Assembly: GCA_050230475.1 (NCBI GenBank)
Contig: JBFLGF010000145.1
Coordinates: forward strand, 1 to 63,793
Direction of reading: 5' to 3'
DNA: 63,793 nucleotides
From: Ancylonema sp.
Taxonomy: Eukaryota
The notes under the pieces are model-generated. The model did no database searches, was not told the origin of the DNA, and saw nothing but the letters and a program-made list of their open reading frames with translations. The first letter of the stretch is position 1. Every line of letters begins with the position of its first letter. This document shows, in pieces, positions 41,549 through 55,084 of this stretch. A program made the position numbers and the translations under genes.

Positions 41549-42781
41549 TACGGTTAACTGAATGCACAAACTGGTATCAGGTTCCAACTTTTCAAATATC
41601 GTATCCTTTTCCTCACTTCACTTGTCCTGAAGACCTAGGGTCGCATTTGCCTCTTGCACCACCGCTCTCCAAATCATTACATACAAAAAGACATGAGAAA
41701 ACTCCGAAGACTCATATAATCATCTTTTGTCCCTTGCATCTCCAATCAATGAGAGTACCATTCTTCAACTTTCATTCAAATAAGATGGGCTTGAACCTGA
41801 CGATGTATTTCCTACAATAGCCATCTTGTGCTTGTCTGTACTCTAAGTGGGTTGTGTGCGTCAATAACTTGAAGCTCCTCAATAGTTTCCTTTCTAAGCA
41901 ACTGGCTAGTGTATCCATTCACAGCCGACATCAGCATACGCATGATCCCATACCCACTTGAACAGATGCACTGAAAACACTTATCTATAGCAAACCGTCA
42001 CTTTGCGAGTGCATTTGGCAACAAAGAAGCCAATGTCAGTCCCAACAACAATTCAAACGCTCGGATATTCGCATAGGCCATCCACAAAGTTCAAATTCAC
42101 TTTCATCAAACGCAATCGATTTCTTCATGTTTGTGTTGATGTTGTACTACAACCACTTCGATCTTCGATTACCTGATTGCACTATACATTGTGCCAGCTA
42201 GTATACCATATTTGTTATATACATATAAAACTGTCATTCTGTACAAATCACTACACATCTACTTAGGTTGTTAAACCCAAACCTAAACCTACGGGGGGAT
42301 CTTCATCCATAAAGCCCGACCAATACACTTGGCATCATCTATTAATAGGTGAGTGAGAACCTTCTCACTAATTGCCACTAGTCTTATTTGCGATCTAGCA
42401 AAGGATTGGATTCCTGACCTCCCTTTTTTTTGCACATAGAAATGCCACCTTGCACAACGATCAGGTGGTATACACATCCCAGGTGGAACACACATTCCTT
42501 GCCCACCCCACTACCTTTGTACAGGCCCCGCGCGACTCTTAAAACCTAAACCCCACAACCAAACTCTAAGCGAAAGCCTCGGCAGGAATGGCACGCGATA
42601 ACCACTTTTCATCGACTGCTGAACCCAAACAATGACGACACAAACACCACCGCGTATTTGAGGGTCCCAAAGTCCCTATTGCATCCACACATTCTGCCGC
42701 TTACCCAAATTCCGAAAAAGTTCAGCCATAAATCTCCGATTGGACGCTTCAAATTGCCCCAACATCCCCCCCCTGCCCCGA

Positions 42782-44880
42782 TCATGTTTCTCTTTTCCCC
42801 CCGCCCGGTGGCTCTGCCCCCATCTCCCCCCCTAACTGCGCCTCTATCCAGTCGTCTACTTCGTCCTTTATCCATTCCTTCGGGTTCAGCCCCCTCGAGT
42901 CCACTGGAGCGGTGGACAGGTGGAAGAATCTGGAGCGTGCCTCTGCCAGCTGGCGGCATCGAAAGGTCGAGTCAGTGAAGCGTGCCACCTGGACGCGGGT
43001 AAAGAGGTAGTCGCGAGACTGGTCACTGAGGAACTTGATTCGGGTCGCATCCACATCTGACAGCTGGCAGAAAACACAAAGAGAGATGTAGGCAGAATGG
43101 ATTAGGCAAAATGGTTGAGTGCTTGTAACGAACATTGGGAAGCAGCAGTGGCAAGTAGTCGTGATGCTGCATCAGTTTGTTTACAACGCCAAAGCTGGGA
43201 ACAAATTGATGTTCTTTCACATATAAGGAAAGTTGGATGCAACTGCTGACCTGGCACACGTTTACGTGTCACATGTTACTCTTGTCCCCCCCCCAGCAGA
43301 TAGGATAATAAAGTACTAAAGTACTACCAACCCTGCAGACACATATCAGAATTCCAGACTGTATTTCTATATTGCCAGACTACATACACCCTGATTCCTC
43401 TCTCTGGCCACTTTCACCTGAGGCCGCCTCTGCTGTTCTCACCTGAGGCCGCCTACCCTCCTGAAGGAAGAAGTAGTCACTCCAAGTCTGGATGTTCTCC
43501 CGCTGACTGACGTAGCGCCGCAGGAGTTGGCGATACACAACATCTGACACCGACTCCGCCTCGTCATTCATTCTGGGGAGGGTGGATGGAGTGACAGAAT
43601 ACGTGGCTGAATGGTTGACACGTTAGCAAGGGTTTCGATAGATTCGGTAGGGCTGTATGTGTATGTTGAGATGTGGCCAAGAATACATATGCATACATGC
43701 ATACATGCATACATGCATACATGCATACATGCATACATGCATACATGCATACATGCATACATGCATACATGCATACATGCATATGCATATGCATATGCAT
43801 ATGCATGTATGGATAGTACAAAAACGGATGGTTCCTCTGCTTCGGTTTTTTACTAATCAAATAGCCAAACAGGTTACAGCAGAAAGGAATCGAGGCATCA
43901 AGTAATGCATGACTGAACTGCAAACAATCTGCATAGTCCTTTTTCCGGCTGAAGCGATGGCACTGCATGGTACTACAGGGGGGAAAAAGCTGAGCGTAAC
44001 GAAATTATTTTCAAGGAAACACAGACGAAGTGAATGTTAGCAATTATCAGTCCTCCAGAAATTGAAGTATGAAGCAATACGTCCTGTTTCGCTCTATTTT
44101 CGTTCCAAGATAGGGAGCGTGGGCACGATTGAATATCCATCAGCAGCTCCGTGATCTCTCATCATTCTGCCTCATTTCAAAGCCCCTCATACACATGGCT
44201 GGTGATTGAAGTCATGTTCAAAAAATCGCCAAGTATGAAAGTGTGTACCTTCGGGAAGGTGACTCCAATTCCATTCCGGTCGTGTCAATCGGCTCTTCGT
44301 ATTCCACGTCAACCTCCCAAGCCACATCACTCTCCTCAGATCCCCCCTCACTCTCCTGACTGGCTGACAGAAAGCTGGAGTAATCTGTGTACAACGATCT
44401 TCGTTCTGCTATATCTTCCTCCCACATGCCATCAACTAACCCAACGGTCCCATAAACTAATGCTCCGTTTCGACCCTGTTTACTCTTGCCCGATCTCCGA
44501 CCTTCCTCTGCCTCAAAGTTATTCCCAAACCAGTCATTGAAACCATCACGTCCCCCCTCCCTGGCTCCTATCGGCCCACTAGATTTCCGCGGTGGGGTGT
44601 TCACGACGCTTGAGCTTTTAGGGTTAAACTTCGGTTGGTCCGACTTCGAGCTTTGCCTCTTCCTGATAGATGGACTCCTGTCGTCGCTACGAGCTCGCGT
44701 ATGCAAAGTGTGATCAACATTGGAAGAGGTAAAAGTGAAGAGGTTATCCAGAGACGTGCCGCCTGTCAACAACCGGCTGCCAGACCCGGTGACATAGCTA
44801 GCGAGATGGAGCGAGGTAGGTACAAGGGTGTAACATTCATGAAAGACAGCGGATCGGACAAAAAATATGTTGAACGACAT
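42782..44880 (-). CDS. Hypothetical protein, 3 exons, no recognised domain (copy 1, intact)
   Basis: Exons 44880-44249, 43572-43443 and 43063-42782 join in frame at GT-AG sites: ...SPSRR-MNDEAESVSDVVYRQLLRRY...RRPQ-LSDVDATRIKFLSDQSRDYLFTRVQ...EVDDWIEAQLGG...*. Confidence 0.65.
43688..43808. repeat. (CATACATG)n/(CATATG)n microsatellite; the copy at 51183-51319 is 16 bp longer
   Basis: Read directly. Confidence 0.95.
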
Positions 44881-46150
44881 CGCAGGCAAATCAGAAACCA
44901 CTGAGAGCTAATCGTTTTGAACTGTACTTTTTTTGCCTTCAGTCATGTGGCGCTGGAAAGTGCCCAAACAAATTCCATAGATATACCATACTAGTGCGAG
45001 ATAAAAGATGCCCGATCATCAGCAAAATGAGAGGCTCAAGTACGCGCTACTCTCGTCTCTGGTAGACACAATACACATCCATGCGTGGATGCAGGGCAAC
45101 GCACCGTATATCGTCTGGCAGAGGGAGATGGAAAGCAGTTCTGTTGTCTGTGACCCGCAAAATTATGAAATCCTTCCACCACCAAAAAATATTCCTGCAC
45201 AATGCAAGATTCTTTTGGCGCAACTCACGCGTGTAATTCGCAGGGCATTCGCGGCTCAAAGGCATGGAGATATTATCACGCGCCAAGCTACTACTGTAAC
45301 CACCTTCAATCTTGGAGATTTGAACACGTGGTAGATCCAGCTGACGTCGTTTTCGTTTCATTCAGTCGCTGGATCTGCGCTCTCACGTGATATTACATTC
45401 TCTGCCTGCTCGCGCGCGTAATGAATCTTGAGCACGGTGCTGTCAATGACCCACTAGTACGGAAAGATGCGTGTCCGTGTTCCTTCCAGCTGACCACAGC
45501 GCATATCCCGCAGCATCTCAAACGGCTGCCTCGCATGTGACTCTTGCTGGACTCCATGCGACCTAAGCTGTTTCGATGATGATACGGAAAATGGAGAAAA
45601 TGAAAATTTTGTACACCATCCATCTTAACGTTTAAATAGACGTTTTACCACTTTGATACAATTGCAATATTTTTTGTTGCGTTTCTGCCTTCAACTTCAC
45701 TCTTTGCTGTTTTTTATTTAGCCTTTCACAATCCTCGTACACCCCCTTCGATTTCATTTACTTCAAAAATACTGCAGTTACGGGAACGAAAAATGTGATG
45801 ATGACATTCGCTTCCTCTAATTTCAAATCCTATGCATCTTGCCTCGCTTCTGATTGCCGATTCAATGTGTCTCAAATCGCCTTTGTCGCCTTCGCCATTG
45901 TCGCTTTCCTCTTCTTCCTTGAAAATATGTGTCTTCATTTATAACTCTCCACTTTTTTTCCTCGCCCGCTTCCATATTTCCCCCTTTTCCCCTCCTCCCT
46001 TATTTGATACCAAAATTGGGAAAAGAAAATACAAAAAAAAAAAAACCCAAAAAAAAAAAACCCAAAAAAAACCCAAAAAAAAACCCCCAAAAAAAAACCT
46101 CTCCTTTTTGTTTTTGGTCCCTTCACCCCTCACTCTTAGCAAGAAACAAC

Positions 46151-46521
46151 TGTTGCATACGCCATTTGTACGGCATAATATAATGATAATTGTGACGACA
46201 CGTGTCGATGCCGGACTGAAAGTAGATTATTTGTCAAAGAGAAGCGAAACGTGTCGGCACATTACCGACACTTTCGCACTCAACACTATACTCTTTTCTG
46301 ATTCGCTGATAGCTTTTGTCTAGACCTCGACTAGAATCTTCCTGACATTTGTCACAAGAAGAAGCTAACCGGACCTATACAAGCTGTACTCACGAGACTC
46401 TTTCAATTAATCTTTCCATCGCGAACTATTCACTGCAACAATGCACCGCAAGTAAAGTCTTCTTTTCCTTCATCGCATTTCGAGTCGTAACGAATCCTGC
46501 AATATGGCAAGAGATTCATCA
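46151..46521 (+). repeat. 5' LTR (371 bp) of the Copia element
   Basis: Starts TGTTGC exactly where homology to the empty-site copy ends, and ends TCA adjacent to the PBS. Confidence 0.8.
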
Positions 46522-46533
46522 TGGTATCAGAGC
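46522..46533 (+). promoter_or_regulatory. Primer binding site complementary to the initiator tRNA-Met 3' end
   Basis: TGGTATCAGAGC, the canonical plant LTR-element PBS. Confidence 0.9.
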
Positions 46534-49500
46534 ACCAGGGGTGCGAATGAAGGCAACGATCAATCAATTGAAAGGTCAAGAGAACTTCAGTGTATGGCGA
46601 GTTCGCGCAACAGGTCTGCTGGTGACAAACAATCTTTGGTCACTTGTAAACGAGACCCGAAGGCAACCACCAAAGCCGGAAACTCCAGAAGCTGGAGCAG
46701 TCTTCACAGACGACGAAAAGACTCGACAGGATCTTGTTTCAAACAAGTACGACGAGTACATCGATGACAAGGGCAGGGCCGCATCAATCCTGCTAGAATC
46801 CATGGTCGACGACATAGTCGACACACTTCAGACAATTGCCACGGAACCGATCCTCATGTGGAAGAAACTCGCGCAAACTTTTGCCAGAAAGTCACAATCA
46901 GCAAAAACGGCCGCTCAGCGGAACTTCAACAGCTTTGCTCACCTGGAGTCCGAATCAGCAATAGCTTCGAATCCCTAGCAAGAGCGTGTACGGACCAAGA
47001 AATCGAGCTGTCTCAAGACGAACTTCAGCTTACACTTCTGGATCAGTGCAATGATCGCTACAACAACACAAGACACGCCTGGGAGAGTGCCTCGTTTTTG
47101 GACAAGAAGGACCTCGATGAGCTAAAAGAGGCCATGCAGAACGATGACGACAGATTCAACCGACAACAAAAATCGGATTCTGGAGCAGTGGCTCGAGTGG
47201 AGTCAAGCAAGACAATGGATGACATCATCAACGCAAAACTTGCGTCGGCGGAGATTCTCTGGGCCCAAAAGTATTCTTTCTTCTGGAGGTCGACCTCCTA
47301 TGCCTCATACAATATGCTACTGCTGTGGCAACAAGGGCCATTACTCGAGAAATTGTCCTGATCTATCAACGGCCAGATGCACTTTCTGCAAGAGAGGAGG
47401 CCACACCGAAATTGTCTGTCGACAAAAAGGCATGGCACATGAAGAGGCAGCACCAGCATCACAAGCAACTAATGTCCCCAGTGGAGAAGTCTTTTTCTTT
47501 CATGGCAGGCCGGCCGAGATAAACGTCATTAACTTTGGCAACCTGCCTGGCTACTCAACGACGCTACAAAATGCATCGACAGCATCTGGCCTGTCGACGG
47601 CATCGTTCACAAGCTCATCTCCTGCTGTCCTTCCTACTTCGATCAAGCCCTCTATCACTGTGTCTTCTCGACAGCAGTGGCTGTGTGACACTGGAGCATC
47701 ACATCATGTGTGCAACGACAGGCATCAATTTCAAAACAACCAGAAGCTGGAAAGTCCAGTGGCAATGGAAACAATTGGAAGCATCAGTGTGGTGGATGAA
47801 TGTGGATCAGTGGATCTTGAAGTGGATGGTGATGCAGGAAAACAAATCATGACACTGCAAGAACGTCATTTTGGTTGAAACAAGTCCAATAAACATCTTC
47901 AGTCTTCAACAAGCTCGGGCGACAAGAATTCTATTATGGTTTCGACAAAAGACAAATGGGCAAGATCGAGCTGCTGGACTCTACTCCTTCTAGATCCGAG
48001 CGGAGACTAGCACTATTTACTGAAGACAAGGGGAGGTGGACCCTCGATGCAGTTTTTCCCTACGCCTCAATGCCTGTCCTTTTTCCACCTACATGGTCTA
48101 CCTCAGTGGCGCCTACGTCTACAGCTAAGGTCGACAATCTGCTTCTACCATCGACATGCTACATGAATGGCACGGCTTCAACTAATCCAGCAGCCTCCGA
48201 AAATATTCAGCAAGCTGGCCCCGAGATCCTCGTCCGGTCTCTCGCCTCCTCTCTATGCATTCCTCAGGCCCAGCAACCCTGCCCATCTGACTACCTGCAG
48301 GCATCCACAATTTCGACATCAGAAGCTGAGACGTCACAAGCCATTGAGGATTTTTTCCTGTTCTCGAAACTGTGCTCTGAAGTATCTACACTACAATCGG
48401 ACTCGGCAAAAATGCAGCGAGAGGGCAGCCACCTCTTCGCCGGGTCTCTCGCTCCTCTGTTATGCATCCCTCAGGTCCCCAAGCATGGTCTCACCCCACT
48501 CTCGCTGCAGGCATCGACAGCTCTGAATTCAGTGACATCGACAACAAATTCTACGCCCCTCTCTACACTTCCTTACATTGATTTCGGGATTTGTCCTCAG
48601 GGATCGCATGATGCCCGGAACAGGGCAGGTGTGCCGGCAGTTGGTCTCTTCAACGTGGCCCAAGGTGTCGAGAGTTTTAAACTCCTTCTCGGAATGATGG
48701 AGACTGCAACTGGACTTCATGTCAATGACTTTCGTTGCTGACGATGCTTTGGGAAAAGGAATCAGACAACCTAGTAATAGTAAGGAAAAACTGCAAAAAC
48801 ACAAGCGCTTGTGGTTTGCACCTCGATTTTTCTGGCAAAGAACTGGGATAAGCTGAGGTTTTGATTGTATTCTGTACCGGCCGTTATTAACCCATAATAA
48901 GTAATTGTTTGGGGGGGGGGGGATGGCGTTACATTGATTGCTAAAAATTGAAGTTTCGATAGTTTTCAATGGTTTTCGATTGTTTATGGGGGATGGTTAT
49001 TTAATTGTCGTTTCAACAGTGGGGGGGGGTCAATCACGGCCAGTACGGTTAACTGAATGCACAAACTGGTATCAGGTTCCAACTTTTCAAATATCGTATC
49101 CTTTTCCTCACTTCACTTGTCCTGAAGACCTAGGGTCGCATTTGCCTCTTGCACCACCGCTCTCCAAATCATTACATACAAAAAGACATGAGAAAACTCC
49201 GAAGACTCATATAATCATCTTTTGTCCCTTGCATCTCCAATCAATGAGAGTACCATTCTTCAACTTTCATTCAAATAAGATGGGCTTGAACCTGACGATG
49301 TATTTCCTACAATAGCCATCTTGTGCTTGTCTGTACTCTAAGTGGGTTGTGTGCGTCAATAACTTGAAGCTCCTCAATAGTTTCCTTTCTAAGCAACTGG
49401 CTAGTGTATCCATTCACAGCCGACATCAGCATACGCATGATCCCATACCCACTTGAACAGATGCACTGAAAACACTTATCTATAGCAAACCGTCACTTTG

Positions 49501-50276
49501 CGAGTGCATTTGGCAACAAAGAAGCCAATGTCAGTCCCAACAACAATTCAAACGCTCGGATATTCGCATAGGCCATCCACAAAGTTCAAATTCACTTTCA
49601 TCAAACGCAATCGATTTCTTCATGTTTGTGTTGATGTTGTACTACAACCACTTCGATCTTCGATTACCTGATTGCACTATACATTGTGCCAGCTAGTATA
49701 CCATATTTGTTATATACATATAAAACTGTCATTCTGTACAAATCACTACACATCTACTTAGGTTGTTAAACCCAAACCTAAACCTACGGGGGGATCTTCA
49801 TCCATAAAGCCCGACCAATACACTTGGCATCATCTATTAATAGGTGAGTGAGAACCTTCTCACTAATTGCCACTAGTCTTATTTGCGATCTAGCAAAGGA
49901 TTGGATTCCTGACCTCCCTTTTTTTTGCACATAGAAATGCCACCTTGCACAACGATCAGGTGGTATACACATCCCAGGTGGAACACACATTCCTTGCCCA
50001 CCCCACTACCTTTGTACAGGCCCCGCGCGACTCTTAAAACCTAAACCCCACAACCAAACTCTAAGCGAAAGCCTCGGCAGGAATGGCACGCGATAACCAC
50101 TTTTCATCGACTGCTGAACCCAAACAATGACGACACAAACACCACCGCGTATTTGAGGGTCCCAAAGTCCCTATTGCATCCACACATTCTGCCGCTTACC
50201 CAAATTCCGAAAAAGTTCAGCCATAAATCTCCGATTGGACGCTTCAAATTGCCCCAACATCCCCCCCCTGCCCCGA

Positions 50277-52390
50277 TCATGTTTCTCTTTTCCCCCCGCC
50301 CGGTGGCTCTGCCCCCATCTCCCCCCCTAACTGCGCCTCTATCCAGTCGTCTACTTCGTCCTTTATCCATTCCTTCGGGTTCAGCCCCCTCGAGTCCACT
50401 GGAGCGGTGGACAGGTGGAAGAATCTGGAGCGTGCCTCTGCCAGCTGGCGGCATCGAAAGGTCGAGTCAGTGAAGCGTGCCACCTGGACGCGGGTAAAGA
50501 GGTAGTCGCGAGACTGGTCACTGAGGAACTTGATTCGGGTCGCATCCACATCTGACAGCTGGCAGAAAACACAAAGAGAGATGTAGGCAGAATGGATTAG
50601 GCAAAATGGTTGAGTGCTTGTAACGAACATTGGGAAGCAGCAGTGGCAAGTAGTCGTGATGCTGCATCAGTTTGTTTACAACGCCAAAGCTGGGAACAAA
50701 TTGATGTTCTTTCACATATAAGGAAAGTTGGATGCAACTGCTGACCTGGCACACGTTTACGTGTCACATGTTACTCTTGTCCCCCCCCCAGCAGATAGGA
50801 TAATAAAGTACTAAAGTACTACCAACCCTGCAGACACATATCAGAATTCCAGACTGTATTTCTATATTGCCAGACTACATACACCCTGATTCCTCTCTCT
50901 GGCCACTTTCACCTGAGGCCGCCTCTGCTGTTCTCACCTGAGGCCGCCTACCCTCCTGAAGGAAGAAGTAGTCACTCCAAGTCTGGATGTTCTCCCGCTG
51001 ACTGACGTAGCGCCGCAGGAGTTGGCGATACACAACATCTGACACCGACTCCGCCTCGTCATTCATTCTGGGGAGGGTGGATGGAGTGACAGAATACGTG
51101 GCTGAATGGTTGACACGTTAGCAAGGGTTTCGATAGATTCGGTAGGGCTGTATGTGTATGTTGAGATGTGGCCAAGAATACATATGCATACATGCATACA
51201 TGCATACATGCATACATGCATACATGCATACATGCATACATGCATACATGCATACATGCATACATGCATACATGCATACATGCATACATGCATATGCATA
51301 TGCATATGCATATGCATGTATGGATAGTACAAAAACGGATGGTTCCTCTGCTTCGGTTTTTTACTAATCAAATAGCCAAACAGGTTACAGCAGAAAGGAA
51401 TCGAGGCATCAAGTAATGCATGACTGAACTGCAAACAATCTGCATAGTCCTTTTTCCGGCTGAAGCGATGGCACTGCATGGTACTACAGGGGGGAAAAAG
51501 CTGAGCGTAACGAAATTATTTTCAAGGAAACACAGACGAAGTGAATGTTAGCAATTATCAGTCCTCCAGAAATTGAAGTATGAAGCAATACGTCCTGTTT
51601 CGCTCTATTTTCGTTCCAAGATAGGGAGCGTGGGCACGATTGAATATCCATCAGCAGCTCCGTGATCTCTCATCATTCTGCCTCATTTCAAAGCCCCTCA
51701 TACACATGGCTGGTGATTGAAGTCATGTTCAAAAAATCGCCAAGTATGAAAGTGTGTACCTTCGGGAAGGTGACTCCAATTCATTCCGGTCGTGTCAATC
51801 GGCTCTTCGTATTCCACGTCAACCTCCCAAGCCACATCACTCTCCTCAGATCCCCCCTCACTCTCCTGACTGGCTGACAGAAAGCTGGAGTAATCTGTGT
51901 ACAACGATCTTCGTTCTGCTATATCTTCCTCCCACATGCCATCAACTAACCCAACGGTCCCATAAACTAATGCTCCGTTTCGACCCTGTTTACTCTTGCC
52001 CGATCTCCGACCTTCCTCTGCCTCAAAGTTATTCCCAAACCAGTCATTGAAACCATCACGTCCCCCCTCCCTGGCTCCTATCGGCCCACTAGATTTCCGC
52101 GGTGGGGTGTTCACGACGCTTGAGCTTTTAGGGTTAAACTTCGGTTGGTCCGACTTCGAGCTTTGCCTCTTCCTGATAGATGGACTCCTGTCGTCGCTAC
52201 GAGCTCGCGTATGCAAAGTGTGATCAACATTGGAAGAGGTAAAAGTGAAGAGGTTATCCAGAGACGTGCCGCCTGTCAACAACCGGCTGCCAGACCCGGT
52301 GACATAGCTAGCGAGATGGAGCGAGGTAGGTACAAGGGTGTAACATTCATGAAAGACAGCGGATCGGACAAAAAATATGTTGAACGACAT
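50277..52390 (-). pseudogene. Copy 2 of the hypothetical 3-exon gene, with a 1-nt deletion near 51781
   Basis: Exons 52390-51760, 51067-50938 and 50558-50277. actccaattcattcc versus actccaattccattcc in copy 1 shifts the frame just before the donor. Confidence 0.6.
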
Positions 52391-55084
52391 CGCAGGCAAA
52401 TCAGAAACCACTGAGAGCTAATCGTTTTGAACTGTACTTTTTTTGCCTTCAGTCATGTGGCGCTGGAAAGTGCCCAAACAAATTCCATAGATATACCATA
52501 CTAGTGCGAGATAAAAGATGCCCGATCATCAGCAAAATGAGAGGCTCAAGTACGCGCTACTCTCGTCTCTGGTAGACACAATACACATCCATGCGTGGAT
52601 GCAGGGCAACGCACCGTATATCGTCTGGCAGAGGGAGATGGAAAGCAGTTCTGTTGTCTGTGACCCGCAAAATTATGAAATCCTTCCACCACCAAAAAAT
52701 ATTCCTGCACAATGCAAGATTCTTTTGGCGCAACTCACGCGTGTAATTCGCAGGGCAGTCGCGGCTCAAAGGCATGGAGATATTATCACGCGCCAAGCTA
52801 CTACTGTAACCACCTTCAATCTTGGAGATTTGAACACGTGGTAGATCCAGCTGACGTCGTTTTCGTTTCATTCAGTCGCTGGATCTGCGCTCTCACGTGA
52901 TATTACATTCTCTGCCTGCTCGCGCGCGTAATGAATCTTGAGCACGGTGCTGTCAATGACCCACTAGTACGGAAAGATGCGTGTCCGTGTTCCTTCCAGC
53001 TGACCACAGCGCATATCCCGCAGCATCTCAAACGGCTGCCTCGCATGTGACTCTTGCTGGACTCCATGCGACCTAAGCTGTTTCGATGATGATACGGAAA
53101 ATGGAGAAAATGAAAATTTTGTACACCATCCATCTTAACGTTTAAATAGACGTTTTACCACTTTGATACAATTGCAATATTTTTTGTTGCGTTTCTGCCT
53201 TCAACTTCACTCTTTGCTGTTTTTTATTTAGCCTTTCACAATCCTCGTACACCCCCTTCGATTTCATTTACTTCAAAAATACTGCAGTTACGGGAACGAA
53301 AAATGTGATGATGACATTCGCTTCCTCTAATTTCAAATCCTATGCATCTTGCCTCGCTTCTGATTGCCGATTCAATGTGTCTCAAATCGCCTTTGTCGCC
53401 TTCGCCATTGTCGCTTTCCTCTTCTTCCTTGAAAATATGTGTCTTCATTTATAACTCTCCACTTTTTTTCCTCGCCCGCTTCCATATGTCCCCCTTTTCC
53501 CCTCCTCCCTTATTTGATACCAAAATTGGGAAAAGAAAAAATATGTAAAAGCACCTTTCCAAACCTCCGCCTCTCCTTCATGATTTTGGTCCCTTCAACC
53601 CTCACTATTAACAAGACACAACCGCACAAGTTTGTGGTTATTCGCAATTTCCAACCTGTGTCATTGTACGGCATTGTGCTCGTTAAACAAATCATTTGTG
53701 TTAATTTTCGTCACGGGGAGTCATTTTTGTATGGAACTGATTCCATATTATAGTGGTATTTGTTAAGACATCCGTAAGTTCCCGATAAAAAGGAAGAAGC
53801 AAATGCCCAGCATAAAAATTGGTGTTACACACTCACCCCGTTTGAATAAAATATTACATGGTCTTTCAAGACTACCAATCTTGGCGTACCCAATTGATCG
53901 ATGAAAATTGTTGTGATGGTCGGTGATGTAAATAGTATTAAAAAAAAAAAAAAAAAACGGGTGAGTCATAAAATTATTTGTATATTTGGTTTTCGAGTGT
54001 CTAAATTTTTTGATGATTTGATTTGATTGTTTATAATCGATGAACATTTACTGCAACATTTGACTAAGACTTGAAACTCCATGCACTTTATTTGGCGCAA
54101 TATGTCCTCGTCATAAGCTGGTTTTAAAAGGTTTATAGATGTACACGACTATAATGTTTATTTTTCGAAAGCACTTCCAGGAGTACTTTTAATCGTAGCA
54201 TCGATGCTTGCTACGGTAAATTATTTACAAAATTTGGGATAGACACCTACCAACACCATATTTGAACCTCGATTGGTCAGCACCGCCTAACAAGATAGCA
54301 AAAATAACGTTCAAGTTTCCTATGTAAGCGAAATGAGAACATTTATGAACCCCTCCACATGATAGCATGGACTAAACAACAAAAAAACGGCAATAAGCAA
54401 CGACATACAACAACAACAACAAATATAAGCACGCTAGCAAAACGTTGAAGGTTTCTCAACACTTCACTTAAGTGTATCACTACTAAGGAATATTTACATT
54501 TTCAATTTTTTTTCGCAAGACCATTTCCCGAGAACCACGATCTCAATGTAAAAATTACAAGGTCCTACCAGCATTTGATCGCATCAGAAAGACACGAGAA
54601 CCGCTTTATTCAGGTCGATATTTCATGGAGTTGACACCATATCGTAGAGGAGAAGTAGAATCTCAATTTACGAAAAATAATATCGATGCAGTATTTTCCT
54701 AGATGGCACCGCGAAAAGAGATACATGTATTGAATTTATATCGCGCGAATGTTTTCGCGGTGCCATCCAGGAAAAGATTGCAACGGTTTTATCGATTGCA
54801 TCAATTGCATCGATCCGGGCGTGAGCCGGGCGTGACCGTGAAGATTTTCACTCATATACGAATGTACGAGGTATGAAGATGCATCGTGGGTGAACAAAAT
54901 TCAGTTTGTTTTGGTCGAGACAAAATTTGTCGCTCGTATTTCCCCAATGACTAGCGAATCTGTACCAGTTTAGAACAGGAACAATAAGAGCCACTACATC
55001 GCGATAGGAAAATTGGTGAAAGGATCTACGATTGGCTCATACTATTACGCAGGTACCTTCGAAATAAATGAAAAACTCCACCGC

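Larger units (their letters stand above)
46151..48696 (+). mobile_element. Ty1/Copia LTR retrotransposon, 3'-truncated (5' LTR, PBS, frameshifted gag-protease)
   Basis: TG...CA LTR at 46151-46521, then PBS TGGTATCAGAGC. Gag from ATG 46547 (LKGQENFSVWRVR...NNLWSLV), zinc knuckles CYCCGNKGHYSRNC and CTFCKRGGHTEIVC, protease WLCDTGASHHVC. Frameshifts near 46970, 47280 and 47870. No integrase, RT or 3' LTR seen. Confidence 0.92.
41202..53600. repeat. Direct duplication of a 4.9-kb segment (41202-46150 / 48697-about 53622) separated by a Copia fragment
   Basis: Offset 7495 rising to 7510-7511. The copies differ by microsatellite length, a 1-nt indel and a few SNPs. Confidence 0.95.

Noticed and set aside
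45008..45361. Overlapping 108-aa and 104-aa ORFs upstream of the orphan gene
   Set aside because: No recognisable motif or splice partner; lengths are compatible with chance.
46021..46100. Poly-A/C tract as a retroposon tail or Lys-rich ORF
   Set aside because: It replaces ordinary sequence seen in the duplicate copy (53531-53570) and looks like low-quality consensus.
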